From positions 47,932 through 111,931 of the IMG/VR virus record IMGVR_UViG_3300025084_000007: a stretch of 64,000 nt of DNA; one strand, written 5' to 3'. Below the pieces are notes generated by a model. It was not told the DNA's origin. It did no database searches and saw only the letters and a program-made list of their open reading frames with translations. Source of the DNA: a virus. Below are positions 1 through 10,047 of this stretch, piece after piece; the stretch's first letter is position 1; every line of letters starts with the position of its first letter. Both the position numbers and the translations under genes were made by a program.

Positions 1-376
1 TGAGACTCTTGATTGGGTCACAAACTCAGATAGAAATCGTAGAGTTAGATATAATGAATATCAAGGAAGATTGTATTTAGATTTTGATTGGGCAAATTTA
101 CAAGCAGGCAATCAAATTGTGGTAGAAGTTTTGATGCGTCAAGACCCTGATACATACACTGCAATGTACAATGATGCCTGGTTGAAAGATTATGTAGAAT
201 CATTATTCCAACAGCAATGGGGTCGCAACCTCAGTAAGTATGATGGAATTCAAATGCTTGGTGGTGTGACTCTGAATGGTCGCCAGATTCTCGAAGATGC
301 GAGTCAGTTCAAGAAAGATCTTGAAGCAGATATTCGCAAGACTTACGAACTCCCTCCAATGGATTTAATCGGTTGA
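1..376 (+). CDS. gp13: neck protein gp13 (5'-truncated by the window edge)
   Basis: The frame is open from position 2. The C-terminus (QWGRNLSKYDGIQMLGGVTLNG...PPMDLIG) is typical of T4-like gp13, and the gene lies directly upstream of gp14. Confidence 0.9.
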   Translation, partial: ETLDWVTNSDRNRRVRYNEYQGRLYLDFDWANLQAGNQIVVEVLMRQDPDTYTAMYNDAWLKDYVESLFQQQWGRNLSKYDGIQMLGGVTLNGRQILEDASQFKKDLEADIRKTYELPPMDLIG

Positions 377-377
377 T

Positions 378-1550
378 ATGACTTATAGAAACGATCCCCC
401 AGAAAATTGCATTCAGTCGGACTACACTAGTAGTTGCCGACTAAATCTAAATGGTTCTTCCCAGGAACAAATGTTTATGGGAAATCTGATCATCGAGAGT
501 ATTGAACTCTATGGTCAAGATATCTATTATCTACCCAGAACATACGTAAATAAAGACACGATCTTTCAAGAAGTAGAAAGTAGTAATTTCACACAAGCAC
601 TTTCTATCAGAGCATATGTTAATAATGTAGATGGGTGGGAAGGTCAAGGAGAACTTTTAAGTAAGTTTGGTGTTCGTATTGAAGATAAGACAACCTTTAT
701 CTTCTCTAGAACTAAATTTACTGAGAAGGTAGATGATAATGCAGCATTAAATGTGGAGGGTCGTCCTAATGAGGGTGACCTTATTTGGTTTCCAACAACA
801 AAACATTTGTTTGAGATTAAGTTTGTAGAAGCAGAAAGACCTTTCTATCAGTTAGGTAAGGGTTATGTTTGGGAATGTCAGTGCGAACTGTTTGAATACA
901 GCGACGAAAAAATTGATACTGGCGTTGCCGAGATTGATGCTATCGAAACTGCCTTTGCTAATTCCATTAAGTTGGTTATGGATGCTGGCGGTTCGGGAGA
1001 CTTCACAGTTGGTGAAGAAATTGTCGGTGATCTATATCTTGCTTCAGCAACAGCAGCAATCACTGGGGACGCAGTAAGTTCCTTTACAATCACTGATGGT
1101 GGTGAGCATTATAAATCAGCATTGCCACCTACAGTTACTATTACAGGAGGTGGTGGAAGTGGAGCGACAGGAACAGCGGTGGTTTCGTCTACAGGGATTG
1201 TTACTGGTATCACTGTTTCAAGCGGTGGTACTGGCTACACTAGTGCCCCAACTGTTACTATTGATTACTCTCCAAAAGACTCCAGAGCAGAAGTCAAGTC
1301 CTGGAATAGTTCTTCAAGAGAACTCCAAGTCATCAATAGAACAGGAACCTTCAATACTTCAGAAACAATTAAGGGATTGACATCTAATGCTCTTTGGAGT
1401 CCTGAATCCTTTAACACTCTAAATAATACTAATACCGCTGATAGCATCGACCAGAACTATAGTTTTGAAACTGCTGATGACGATATTATAGATTTCACTG
1501 AGGGGAATCCCTTCGGCACCATTGGTTCCACTACTGATACTACAATCTGA
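378..1550 (+). CDS. gp14: neck protein gp14 with inserted Gly/Thr beta-repeat domain
   Basis: Motifs YGQDIYYLPR, LLSKFG, RPNEGDLIWFP and PFYQLGK; synteny. Confidence 0.92.
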   Translation: MTYRNDPPENCIQSDYTSSCRLNLNGSSQEQMFMGNLIIESIELYGQDIYYLPRTYVNKDTIFQEVESSNFTQALSIRAYVNNVDGWEGQGELLSKFGVRIEDKTTFIFSRTKFTEKVDDNAALNVEGRPNEGDLIWFPTTKHLFEIKFVEAERPFYQLGKGYVWECQCELFEYSDEKIDTGVAEIDAIETAFANSIKLVMDAGGSGDFTVGEEIVGDLYLASATAAITGDAVSSFTITDGGEHYKSALPPTVTITGGGGSGATGTAVVSSTGIVTGITVSSGGTGYTSAPTVTIDYSPKDSRAEVKSWNSSSRELQVINRTGTFNTSETIKGLTSNALWSPESFNTLNNTNTADSIDQNYSFETADDDIIDFTEGNPFGTIGSTTDTTI

Positions 1551-2335
1551 TGTTAGGTACATATTCATATCACGAAGTTTTCAGAAAAACTATTGTAGCG
1601 TTTGGTACGCTGTTCAATAATATCGAACTTCGTCGTTCGACTGAAGTGATGAAAGTTCCTTTGGCATATGGTCCAAAGCAAAAGTTTTTAGCACGTCTTG
1701 ATCAAAATCCAGACCCTACAAACAAGAGAGTTCAGATTACTGTTCCTAGAATCTCTTTTGAGATTAATGGTATTCAATATGATTCTAGTAGGAAGGTATC
1801 ACCTACACAGAAGATTAAATTTGCAAAGGATACTGACGAAAATAAGAACGTGTATATGCCCGTTCCTTATAACTTATCATTTGAATTAGCAATTATCTCT
1901 AAAAATCAAGAAGATGGATTGCAAATTTTAGAACAAATTTTACCATTCTTCCAACCTCATTTCAATCTAACCGTTAAGTTACTTCCTGATGTAAATGAAA
2001 TTAAGGATGTTCCTGTTACTTTGACTAGTGTTGACTATGAGGATGAGTATGAGGGAGACTTCTCTAGTCGTAGAGCAATCATTTATACACTACAGTTTAC
2101 TGCAAAGACATATCTATACGGTCCTATTACCGATGCGAAGACCATCAAAAAGGTCATCACCGATATGTACACCGATACAAATACTTCTTCTGCACCCAGA
2201 GAAGTTCGGTACACTATTCAACCAGATCCGTTGGATGCAGATGCAGATGACGATTTTGGATTTGGTATTGTTGATGAAGACTTCACCGACAATAAGAAAC
2301 GTAATCCTGTAAGTGGCGCTGACGAGGCAATCTAA
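1550..2335 (+). CDS. gp15: tail sheath stabilizer/terminator gp15
   Basis: Motifs FGTLFNNI, KVPLAYGPKQKFL and QILEQILPFFQP; synteny. Confidence 0.93.
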   Translation: MLGTYSYHEVFRKTIVAFGTLFNNIELRRSTEVMKVPLAYGPKQKFLARLDQNPDPTNKRVQITVPRISFEINGIQYDSSRKVSPTQKIKFAKDTDENKNVYMPVPYNLSFELAIISKNQEDGLQILEQILPFFQPHFNLTVKLLPDVNEIKDVPVTLTSVDYEDEYEGDFSSRRAIIYTLQFTAKTYLYGPITDAKTIKKVITDMYTDTNTSSAPREVRYTIQPDPLDADADDDFGFGIVDEDFTDNKKRNPVSGADEAI

Positions 2336-2766
2336 TGACAACTCCTTTTGATGGTTTGAATGATGCGTTTGGGGCAGAACCTACTGAACTCCAAAAACAT
2401 GTGGAAAAAGTGAAAACTGAAATAAAGAAAACTGATACTCCTGAAGTGAAGCAGGATTATGAGATTACTCGCGCCCAACTTCACAATCTAGTCATGAAAG
2501 GACAGGAGGCAGTAGATGGCATTCTTGATGTGGCACGAGCGTCAGATCATCCTCGTGCTTATGAAGTTGCAGGCCAACTCATTAAGAACGTAGCAGATAC
2601 TGCTGATAAACTCATTGACCTACAAAAGAAGATGAAGGAGTTAGATGCCGATGAGAAGAAGTCAGGCCCGTCTACTGTTAATAACACGATGTTTATTGGC
2701 AGTACTGCGGACTTACAGAAGATGTTAAAGAAGCAAAAGGAGATAAATAATACTGACACGAAATAA
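2335..2766 (+). CDS. gp16: terminase small subunit gp16
   Basis: Motifs DYEITR, HPRAYEVAGQLIK and FIGSTADLQKML. Confidence 0.92.
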   Translation: MTTPFDGLNDAFGAEPTELQKHVEKVKTEIKKTDTPEVKQDYEITRAQLHNLVMKGQEAVDGILDVARASDHPRAYEVAGQLIKNVADTADKLIDLQKKMKELDADEKKSGPSTVNNTMFIGSTADLQKMLKKQKEINNTDTK

Positions 2767-2778
2767 CTCGACACGACA

Positions 2779-3318
2779 ATGCCTGTATTAAAAGTATTAA
2801 ATACGAACGCTGTTGCAGGATCTGCAACTGAATATCAAGTAGTGCAAACTGGATACTATAGAGTGCTTGCTACAGCAGCAGCATCTACTGTATCATTCAA
2901 CGGTGGACCTGCTATCACACTGGTACAGAATGAAGCACTTCTACTTAAGTCGGGAGCAAAACCTGGTCAAGCAAGAATTGTAAAGGGTGTCGATGATGCC
3001 ACTGCAGATTATCAACTTGGAACTAATCTTGGTGAAGTTAGCAACACACATCCATTCTCAGTAGATGACTTCATTGCTGTAGAAGATGCTAGTACATCTC
3101 CTGCAATTGATGCTGCTTTCTTGTCAGCAGGAACAGTAGGTAAGAAAGTTACTGCAACAACTTCCAATTCTATTAGCACTGATATTGATTCTTCTGCTGC
3201 ATCTGCTGATTACACTTATGCTTACAGTGGACCTCAAGCAGTAGTCAAGCGTTGTGTACAAATCACAGCAGGTTCTGGTGCTATTGTCGTCGAAGAAGTA
3301 CAGGTCGTAGGTGCCTGA
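2779..3318 (+). CDS. hypothetical, probable virion structural protein
   Basis: 179 aa, Ala/Thr/Val-rich and beta-like; late-promoter-like ATAAATA about 30 nt upstream. Confidence 0.6.
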   Translation: MPVLKVLNTNAVAGSATEYQVVQTGYYRVLATAAASTVSFNGGPAITLVQNEALLLKSGAKPGQARIVKGVDDATADYQLGTNLGEVSNTHPFSVDDFIAVEDASTSPAIDAAFLSAGTVGKKVTATTSNSISTDIDSSAASADYTYAYSGPQAVVKRCVQITAGSGAIVVEEVQVVGA

Positions 3319-3319
3319 T

Positions 3320-4600
3320 ATGGCGAAAGGTTTTGCATCAGATATTCCACCTGCCGTTAATGGTACTGCTAAGAAATACATTAGGGGTATGATGAAGCGT
3401 AAAGATAGGTGGAGTAAACTCTATGGGGGTCGCTCCAAAGAGGTGATGCATAAGACTGCAAACAAAATGGCTATGGGAGAGATGTCTAAAATGCCACCAA
3501 CATATAACGATCTATTCGGAGAAGCAAACAAGTCTGGAGATAATTCTCTTCGTGACTGGTTTGGAAAGAGTAAGTCATCTGATGGAACACCTGGTTGGGT
3601 GCAACTTGGTGGTAAGTATGCAGGAAAACCTTGTGCAAAGCAACCTGGTCAGACTACTAAACCCAAATGCGGGTCTAGTAAGATGAAAAGAAACCTAAAT
3701 AAAGGCGAGGAAGAAGCAGCATTCCGTCGCAAAAATGCTGAAGATCCAAATCCAGATCGTAAAGGGAAGGCAAAAAACGTGAAGACAGAAGATCTCGACC
3801 TTAAATTGATGTCTAAAGAACTTGATGGCGCATCTAAGATGCACAAGGGTCAGTCTGAGCGCATCAAAAAACATCTAAAGAAGATGAAGAAAGAAGAAAC
3901 TATTAGCGAAAGAGGCGATTTCTGGCATCCCGATCCTAAAGAAGATCGTAAGTTGGGTGGTCCTGGTGCAAACCAGCGTGCTCGCGAAGATCGTGCTGCA
4001 GCATCTAAACCAAAAACAGACTCTAAGAAACTAAGACCAGGTGAATCTTACATGGATTGGAACAAACGTCAGAAAGCAAATAAGATGAAGAAAGAAGAAT
4101 TTGTCAATGAGAAAGCAGGCGAGAAAGATGCTTGCTATAAGAAAGTAAAAGCAAGTGCGAAGGTCTGGCCTTCTGCATATGCTAGTGGTAGATTAGTCCA
4201 GTGCCGTAAGAAAGGTGCTGCTAACTATGGTAATAAGTCTGAAGGAATGTCATTCCAACAGTTTCAAGAGAAGTGTTGGCAGGGATATAAAAAAGTTGGT
4301 ATGAAAAAGAAAGGTGGCAAACTAGTACCAAATTGCGTCCCAGAACAAGTAACAAATGAAGGAGCAGCCTGGACAAAAAAATCAGGAAAAAACTCCGAAG
4401 GAGGACTTAATGAAAAAGGACGAAAGTCTTACGAAAAGGAAAATCCAGGATCTGACCTCAAAGCACCAAGCACAAAGGTTGGAAATCCCCGCAGGGCATC
4501 CTTCTGCGCTAGAATGAAAGGCATGAGAAAGAGACAGAAAGCATCCAACAACACTGGTGATGACCGTCTGTCGAAGTCACTTAGGAAGTGGAATTGCTGA
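3320..4600 (+). CDS. Lys-rich modular protein (C-terminal DUF6321-like module), putative internal head protein
   Basis: Short basic modules separated by xxE sites; C-terminal AAWTKKSGKNSEGGLN...RRASFCARMKG. Confidence 0.6.
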   Translation: MAKGFASDIPPAVNGTAKKYIRGMMKRKDRWSKLYGGRSKEVMHKTANKMAMGEMSKMPPTYNDLFGEANKSGDNSLRDWFGKSKSSDGTPGWVQLGGKYAGKPCAKQPGQTTKPKCGSSKMKRNLNKGEEEAAFRRKNAEDPNPDRKGKAKNVKTEDLDLKLMSKELDGASKMHKGQSERIKKHLKKMKKEETISERGDFWHPDPKEDRKLGGPGANQRAREDRAAASKPKTDSKKLRPGESYMDWNKRQKANKMKKEEFVNEKAGEKDACYKKVKASAKVWPSAYASGRLVQCRKKGAANYGNKSEGMSFQQFQEKCWQGYKKVGMKKKGGKLVPNCVPEQVTNEGAAWTKKSGKNSEGGLNEKGRKSYEKENPGSDLKAPSTKVGNPRRASFCARMKGMRKRQKASNNTGDDRLSKSLRKWNC

Positions 4601-4670
4601 TATCTTAACACTGTGTAACTGACAACTTGGGTAAATAGTACTATACTTGTCTCAACAAGGTGGTACTATT

Positions 4671-4883
4671 ATGGTTTCATTTTACCTATCCGTTACTATT
4701 TTCATTTTGTTTGTAGCGTATGCAGGCACCGAAAATGTAATGAGGTTATTTGCATTCCTAGATTTAGAACTGCGTTGGCATTGGGTTATATTCCGTAGTT
4801 ATTTTATCAGAAGAGATTTAGAAGTTCGACTAGGATTTCCCAAGACAAGTTTTATACAACACTACAAAACATATGGAAAGTAA
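4671..4883 (+). CDS. hypothetical membrane protein
   Basis: ORF with N-terminal hydrophobic segment; overlaps the next gene. Confidence 0.55.
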   Translation: MVSFYLSVTIFILFVAYAGTENVMRLFAFLDLELRWHWVIFRSYFIRRDLEVRLGFPKTSFIQHYKTYGK

Positions 4884-5166
4884 AGAAGTATCAGAATTAT
4901 CTCTGTCTAGAGTAGAATGTGGAAAATGTGGTGCTATTTGGATTAATGGAAAGCACGTATTCAGTGGAACTGCTGCTTCATATGACAATAGTGAACTAGA
5001 TCTTGCTGGTCTGGTATGTAATAAGTACGGAAATGAGCAATGCATCAACCCAAAGAAAGGGCAAGACGGAGGACAAACTTGGGAGTATAGATCTGGATTT
5101 GTCGATGGTGCAATAAAGGCAAAGAGAGATGCTTTAGATGGACTCAATAACATGATGAATCCCTGA
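4873..5166 (+). CDS. hypothetical cyanophage protein (CxxC-containing)
   Basis: ECGKCGAIWING...DLAGLVCN...CINP. Confidence 0.7.
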   Translation: MESKEVSELSLSRVECGKCGAIWINGKHVFSGTAASYDNSELDLAGLVCNKYGNEQCINPKKGQDGGQTWEYRSGFVDGAIKAKRDALDGLNNMMNP

Positions 5167-5233
5167 CATAGACTATTAAATCATAGTTAAATTTTATACT
5201 TCATGAGTAAATAGATTCAGTTACTATTTGTTT

Positions 5234-5557
5234 ATGAAGTTTTTTATTACACTTCTTACTGTGATGTTTTTTGCTGCGCCAGTATGGGCAGTTGACATTA
5301 AAATGGGTTCAAACGGGAACTTGATTTTTGATCCATCCGATGTTACAATTGATGCAGGCGATACTGTACATTTTATAAATGACATGTTGCCTCCTCACAA
5401 CATTATTGTTGAGGGTCGTGCAGATCTTTCCAGAGAATCTTTAATGTTTGCTCCTGGAGAATCTCAAGACATTTTGTTTGCTGATGCTGGAGATTACAAT
5501 TTCTTTTGTGGTCCTCATCAAGGAGCAGGCATGACAGGTATTATTCACGTAAATTAA
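5234..5557 (+). CDS. petE: plastocyanin
   Basis: Signal peptide (APVWA) and the copper ligands PHN...CGPHQGAGM. Confidence 0.95.
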   Translation: MKFFITLLTVMFFAAPVWAVDIKMGSNGNLIFDPSDVTIDAGDTVHFINDMLPPHNIIVEGRADLSRESLMFAPGESQDILFADAGDYNFFCGPHQGAGMTGIIHVN

Positions 5558-5559
5558 TT

Positions 5560-5850
5560 ATGACATACAATGTTACTCTCCAGTCTCCTGACGGCACCGA
5601 AGCTGTCATTCAATGCGAGGCAGACCAATACATTCTCGAAGCGGCAGAAGAAGCAGGTGTTGATTTACCTTCTTCGTGTAAAGCAGGGGCTTGTTCAGCG
5701 TGCGCTGGCAAACTCGTCTCTGGCACCGTAGATAATGAAGAGCAATCTTTCCTCGATGATGATCAACTTGAAGACGGGTGGGTTCTCACTTGTGTGGCAT
5801 ATCCTACTAGCGATTGCGTAATTTTAACCGAACAAGAAGAAAATCTATGA
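5560..5850 (+). CDS. petF: [2Fe-2S] plant-type ferredoxin
   Basis: [15 protein letters not shown]...VLTC; the true start is ATG 5560. Confidence 0.97.
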   Translation: MTYNVTLQSPDGTEAVIQCEADQYILEAAEEAGVDLPSSCKAGACSACAGKLVSGTVDNEEQSFLDDDQLEDGWVLTCVAYPTSDCVILTEQEENL

Positions 5851-5937
5851 CCTTCGCCCATGTCTTACTTTTCGGATCACTACCCTTCATATGTGCCACC
5901 ATTTATTTCGGGCACAGAAAAGGTGAGAATATCTATT

Positions 5938-6168
5938 ATGAAAGCGACAAGTACGACGGAAATGGAACAGCGCATTAGAATGAGATATGCGTTTGCAATG
6001 TCCTCCTTTGGGAGGATGTTTCGACCAGATCATATTACACTGGAGATGAGAGATCTTTGTAATGAATGGTCTCAGATTGAAGAGCAACCACCTCAGGGAG
6101 ATTTATATCTGGTCGATAGATATTTCTTAGAACTTTGGAAAGCATGGTTATTGAAATCAGCATCATAA
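5938..6168 (+). CDS. hypothetical protein
   Basis: ORF containing RMRYAFAMSSFGRMF...YLVDRYFLELW; start uncertain. Confidence 0.65.
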   Translation: MKATSTTEMEQRIRMRYAFAMSSFGRMFRPDHITLEMRDLCNEWSQIEEQPPQGDLYLVDRYFLELWKAWLLKSAS

Positions 6169-6224
6169 TAATCTATTGTTTATTTGGATTATTTCTATTC
6201 ATCCTATCGGTTTTACAAGAATGA
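6144..6224 (+). CDS. 26-aa single-TM peptide (MVIEISIIIIYCLFGLFLFILSVLQE)
   Basis: Read manually; ATGA overlap with the next ORF. Confidence 0.45.
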   Translation: MVIEISIIIIYCLFGLFLFILSVLQE

Positions 6225-6373
6225 TGTTACAGTTTGCTAGATTTTGCGGAACAGTATTAAACAATCCTTGGGGAGTTGGAGTCTTGGCATGGTGCCTAGT
6301 CTTCGTCCCCATTATTGGTATGTGGGCAGTACATAAATACGATTGGCAACATTGGGAACCATTCCACAAATGA
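6221..6373 (+). CDS. 50-aa membrane peptide
   Basis: MMLQFARFCGTVLNNPWGVGVLAWCLVFVPIIGMWAVHKYDWQHWEPFHK; ATGA overlaps at both ends. Confidence 0.6.
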   Translation: MMLQFARFCGTVLNNPWGVGVLAWCLVFVPIIGMWAVHKYDWQHWEPFHK

Positions 6374-6468
6374 GTTTGTTTATTGTATTTGGTCTGCTAA
6401 TACCACTCTCTTTAATCCTTATAGTGATGAAACTGTCTCTCTGGATTAAATCTATAAATGATGAATAA
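6370..6468 (+). CDS. 32-aa single-TM peptide
   Basis: MSLFIVFGLLIPLSLILIVMKLSLWIKSINDE; coupled by ATGA and TAATG overlaps. Confidence 0.5.
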   Translation: MSLFIVFGLLIPLSLILIVMKLSLWIKSINDE

Positions 6469-6677
6469 TGAATTTACTATTACGTCCTCTTGAGAATGCC
6501 AATGACCCTGTGTGGTCTGTAATCATATGTGTGATACTTGCTGTTGCAGGTGCATTGTTTGTAGTTGTATACATACTAAGAGAAGCATTTGCAGAATTAG
6601 AAGATGGGCGCAATGACACCACCGAGCAGAAAGAGCTGCTACAACTTCCGAGTGACGGAGATCAACCGTGTCCTTGA
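6468..6677 (+). CDS. small single-TM protein
   Basis: DPVWSVIICVILAVAGALFVVVYIL. Confidence 0.6.
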   Translation: MNLLLRPLENANDPVWSVIICVILAVAGALFVVVYILREAFAELEDGRNDTTEQKELLQLPSDGDQPCP

Positions 6678-7065
6678 TGGTGATACTATTGATGTTACTA
6701 TCGACCTCGGGTTTGATCTATACAAGAAAGAAAGAGTTAGAGTTGCAGGCGTTGATACGCCAGAAAAGAGGACGCGAAACCTAGAGGAGAAAGCACTTGG
6801 AATCGACGCAACCAACTGGCTCAAAGAGAAACTGGAATCGACTATCGCTGGTGATGATGAGTTGTCTGTTAGGACTGAACTTGTTGGTGGGGTTGGCAAA
6901 TATGGGCGTCTTCTTGGCTGGTTATACATTGGGGACGAGTCAGTGTCGCTCAACGAGCAAATGATCGAAGAGGGTTATGCTCATGCCTATGATGGAGGCA
7001 CTAAGGATATGAATCTCGAAGCACTGAAAGAGATTCGTCGTGAGCACGGCACATTAGTAGAGTAA
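6604..7065 (+). CDS. thermonuclease (SNase-like) family endonuclease
   Basis: RVLDGDTID, RVRVAGVDTPE, GKYGRLLG and LNEQMIEEGYA motifs. Confidence 0.88.
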   Translation: MGAMTPPSRKSCYNFRVTEINRVLDGDTIDVTIDLGFDLYKKERVRVAGVDTPEKRTRNLEEKALGIDATNWLKEKLESTIAGDDELSVRTELVGGVGKYGRLLGWLYIGDESVSLNEQMIEEGYAHAYDGGTKDMNLEALKEIRREHGTLVE

Positions 7066-7103
7066 TAATATAAATACCTTGGAGAAGTCCCAGGTTTATT
7101 TGC

Positions 7104-8165
7104 ATGTCGGAATTAAATGTAGGAACAATTAATGCTACTAATGTCAACACTTCTAATGTAAGTGCTACGAGTGACGTTGATGTTGATGGGGACTTTACTA
7201 TTCCCAATAAGACTAATAGTACTCGTCCATCAGCACCTCCTACAGGTACAGTTATTCATAACACCGAAGAGGATAAGCAGCAAGTTTATAATGGTACTGA
7301 ATGGAAAACTATTGGTGGAGATATAGTTGCTACCCAATATAAGATTCAATGCTGGGGTGCTGGTGGTGGCGGTGGAACTAGTGGTGGATGGAGTTATGGT
7401 GCCGAAGGTGGCGGTGGTGGATATATTGAAGCAAATGTATCGGGACTGACGTCAGGAAACACTCTTTACATTCGTGTCGGTGAAGGTGGATTAGTTAATG
7501 GTACTCGTATGTCGTATGGTGGTGGCGGTGAAGCAAACCGCGCTGGTGGTGATAATAGGTATGGTTCTAATGGTGGTGGTGCAACTGGGGTATTCCTTGG
7601 ATCTGTAGCTCATGGTAATACAATACTGATTGCTGGTGGTGGAGGTGGCGGCGGATCATCCAGAAACCAAGAGGGTAATATTGGTGGTGCTGGTGGTGGT
7701 CCTACTGGTCAAGATGGCGTTTCTGCTTATGATGATAAGTGGCAATATCGTGGCAGAGGTGGTGGAGCAACTGAAGGTGGTAGAAATAACCAGCAGGGAG
7801 CTTCGTATTCAGCTCAAGCATTAGAGGGAGGATCTGCTGCATCTAATGGTTATGGTGGCGCTGGTGGCGGAGGATATTATGGCGGCAGTGCTGGAGGTTA
7901 CTCTGAACAGCACACAATGGCAGGTGGTGGCGGTGGATCTGGATATGCAGATTCCACATATTGTAATGATGTGCGAAACTATCGTGGAGAATATCGTATG
8001 CCAGCTGGTGCTGGTGAAGCTGGATATCCTGGTGGTGGTCTTTCATTTGGCGGTAATTCTAATGCATCTGCTGGTGGTCATGGATACTGTAGAATTACAG
8101 ATGCTAATGGGACAGTAACAACTTATACATATACAGGTTCGGATGTAACTATAACAGTACCATGA
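7104..8165 (+). CDS. glycine-rich virion/fibre-like protein
   Basis: CWGAGGGGG and many GGGGG tracts; N-terminal RPSAP..G.VIHNT...YNGTEW fibre motif; late promoter ATAAATA upstream. Confidence 0.75.
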   Translation: MSELNVGTINATNVNTSNVSATSDVDVDGDFTIPNKTNSTRPSAPPTGTVIHNTEEDKQQVYNGTEWKTIGGDIVATQYKIQCWGAGGGGGTSGGWSYGAEGGGGGYIEANVSGLTSGNTLYIRVGEGGLVNGTRMSYGGGGEANRAGGDNRYGSNGGGATGVFLGSVAHGNTILIAGGGGGGGSSRNQEGNIGGAGGGPTGQDGVSAYDDKWQYRGRGGGATEGGRNNQQGASYSAQALEGGSAASNGYGGAGGGGYYGGSAGGYSEQHTMAGGGGGSGYADSTYCNDVRNYRGEYRMPAGAGEAGYPGGGLSFGGNSNASAGGHGYCRITDANGTVTTYTYTGSDVTITVP

Positions 8166-8335
8166 TCTTTGACTTGAGTGTGGATGACTATGCAATCATC
8201 CTAAATGCATTACATTACTATAAAAAAACTGAGAAGAAAGGTAATTTCAAACAGTATAATGAGGAGAGAATAAATAAATTAAGGGATAAAATGGCGTATC
8301 AACTTATCCCTAGTCCTGAAAGTGAACCGACATAA
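8162..8335 (+). CDS. 57-aa hypothetical protein
   Basis: MIFDLSVDDYAIILNALHYYKK...; fills the gap exactly with ATGA and TAATG overlaps. Confidence 0.6.
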   Translation: MIFDLSVDDYAIILNALHYYKKTEKKGNFKQYNEERINKLRDKMAYQLIPSPESEPT

Positions 8336-9984
8336 TGAGTACCTCTGACGTATATCTTGGTAATCCCAATCTAAAGAAAGCGAATATTGCTCAGGAGTTT
8401 TCTCCTGAGGAAGTAGAAGAATATTTAAAATGTGCAGATGATCCCGTACATTTTATTCTTAATTATATCAAGATCGTTTCTCTAGATGATGGTGTCATAC
8501 CTTTTACTATGTACGACTTTCAAGTCGATATGGTAAAGAGTTTTCATGACAATAGATTTAATATTGCCAAGTTGCCTCGGCAGTCTGGTAAGTCTACTAT
8601 CGTTACAGCATATCTTCTTTGGTATGTTCTATTCAATCCCAATGTTAATGTAGCAATCCTCGCAAACAAAGCAGCGACTGCTCGTGAGATGTTAGGTCGC
8701 TTGCAACTTAGTTATGAAAATCTTCCCAAATGGCTCCAGCAAGGTATCCTCCAATGGAACAGGGGATCATTGGAACTGGAGAATGGCAGTAAAATTCTGG
8801 CTGCATCTACTTCCGCTAGTGCCGTCAGGGGCATGTCTTTTAATGTCATTTTTCTGGACGAATTCGCGTTTGTTCCGAACCATATTGCTGACCAGTTCTT
8901 TTCATCTGTGTATCCTACTGTATCTTCTGGTAAGTCTACAAAGGTAATTATCATCTCCACGCCACATGGGATGAACATGTTCTATAAGTTGTGGCATGAT
9001 GCAGAAAAAGGCAAGAACGAATATCTCCCAACTGAAGTACATTGGTCACAAGTTCCTGGTAGAGATGCTGCATGGAAAGAGCAGACTATTAAGAACACCT
9101 CAGAGCAGCAGTTCAAGGTTGAGTTTGAGTGTGAGTTTCTTGGTTCTGTTGATACACTGATTAGTCCTACTAAGTTAAGGACTATGCCATATGTAGATCC
9201 TATAGCACAAAATAAGGGACTTGCAATTTATGAGAGAGTGATTCCAGAGCATAACTATATTATTACGGTTGACGTTGCTAGAGGAACATCTAATGATTAC
9301 AGTGCATTTGTTGTAGTAGATACGACAACTATGCCATATAAAGTAGTTGCAAGATATAGAAATAACGAGATCAAACCTATCATTTTTCCCAACATCATTA
9401 TTGATGTTGCAAGAAATTATAATCAAGCATATATTCTATGTGAGGTAAATGATATTGGTGGGCAAGTAGCAGATATTATTCAGTTTGATTTAGAGTACGA
9501 AAACCTTTTAATGGCAGCAATGCGTGGTCGTGCTGGACAACAATTAGGTCAAGGGTTCTCTGGTAAGAAGACACAACTAGGTGTCAAGATGTCTAGTGCT
9601 GTTAAGCAGGTTGGATGTTCTAACCTCAAAGCATTGATTGAAGAGGATAAACTTATCATTCCTGATTATGAAACCATTGCCGAATTGACTACCTTTATTG
9701 TCAAGGGACAGTCGTTTGCTGCAGAAGATGGTTGTAATGATGACCTTGCTATGTGTTTGGTTATTTTTGCCTGGATGGCAATGCAAGAGTATTTCAAACA
9801 GATGCATGATAATGATGTGAGGCAACGCATCTATGATGATCAGAGAGAATCGATTGAACAAGATATGTCACCATTCGGTTTTATTAGTGATGGTATGGAA
9901 GATGAATACTTTGCGGATGCACAGGGAGATGTTTGGCAGGTTGCGGAATATGGGGATAAGTCTTATATGTGGGAGTTTAGGTAA
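8335..9984 (+). CDS. gp17: terminase large subunit gp17
   Basis: YLGNPNLK, Walker A PRQSGKS, Walker B IFLDEFAF, nuclease DDLAM. Confidence 0.98.
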   Translation: MSTSDVYLGNPNLKKANIAQEFSPEEVEEYLKCADDPVHFILNYIKIVSLDDGVIPFTMYDFQVDMVKSFHDNRFNIAKLPRQSGKSTIVTAYLLWYVLFNPNVNVAILANKAATAREMLGRLQLSYENLPKWLQQGILQWNRGSLELENGSKILAASTSASAVRGMSFNVIFLDEFAFVPNHIADQFFSSVYPTVSSGKSTKVIIISTPHGMNMFYKLWHDAEKGKNEYLPTEVHWSQVPGRDAAWKEQTIKNTSEQQFKVEFECEFLGSVDTLISPTKLRTMPYVDPIAQNKGLAIYERVIPEHNYIITVDVARGTSNDYSAFVVVDTTTMPYKVVARYRNNEIKPIIFPNIIIDVARNYNQAYILCEVNDIGGQVADIIQFDLEYENLLMAAMRGRAGQQLGQGFSGKKTQLGVKMSSAVKQVGCSNLKALIEEDKLIIPDYETIAELTTFIVKGQSFAAEDGCNDDLAMCLVIFAWMAMQEYFKQMHDNDVRQRIYDDQRESIEQDMSPFGFISDGMEDEYFADAQGDVWQVAEYGDKSYMWEFR

Positions 9985-10047
9985 GGATCCAAAAATATAA
10001 ATAATCCTAGACAACCGATGTTGGAATTAATCTAGGAGACTTAAACA

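Noticed and set aside
4604-4620. TTAAC/GTAAC 10-nt direct repeat as an HLR1 or Pho box
   Set aside because: There are too many mismatches in AT-rich DNA to support the call.
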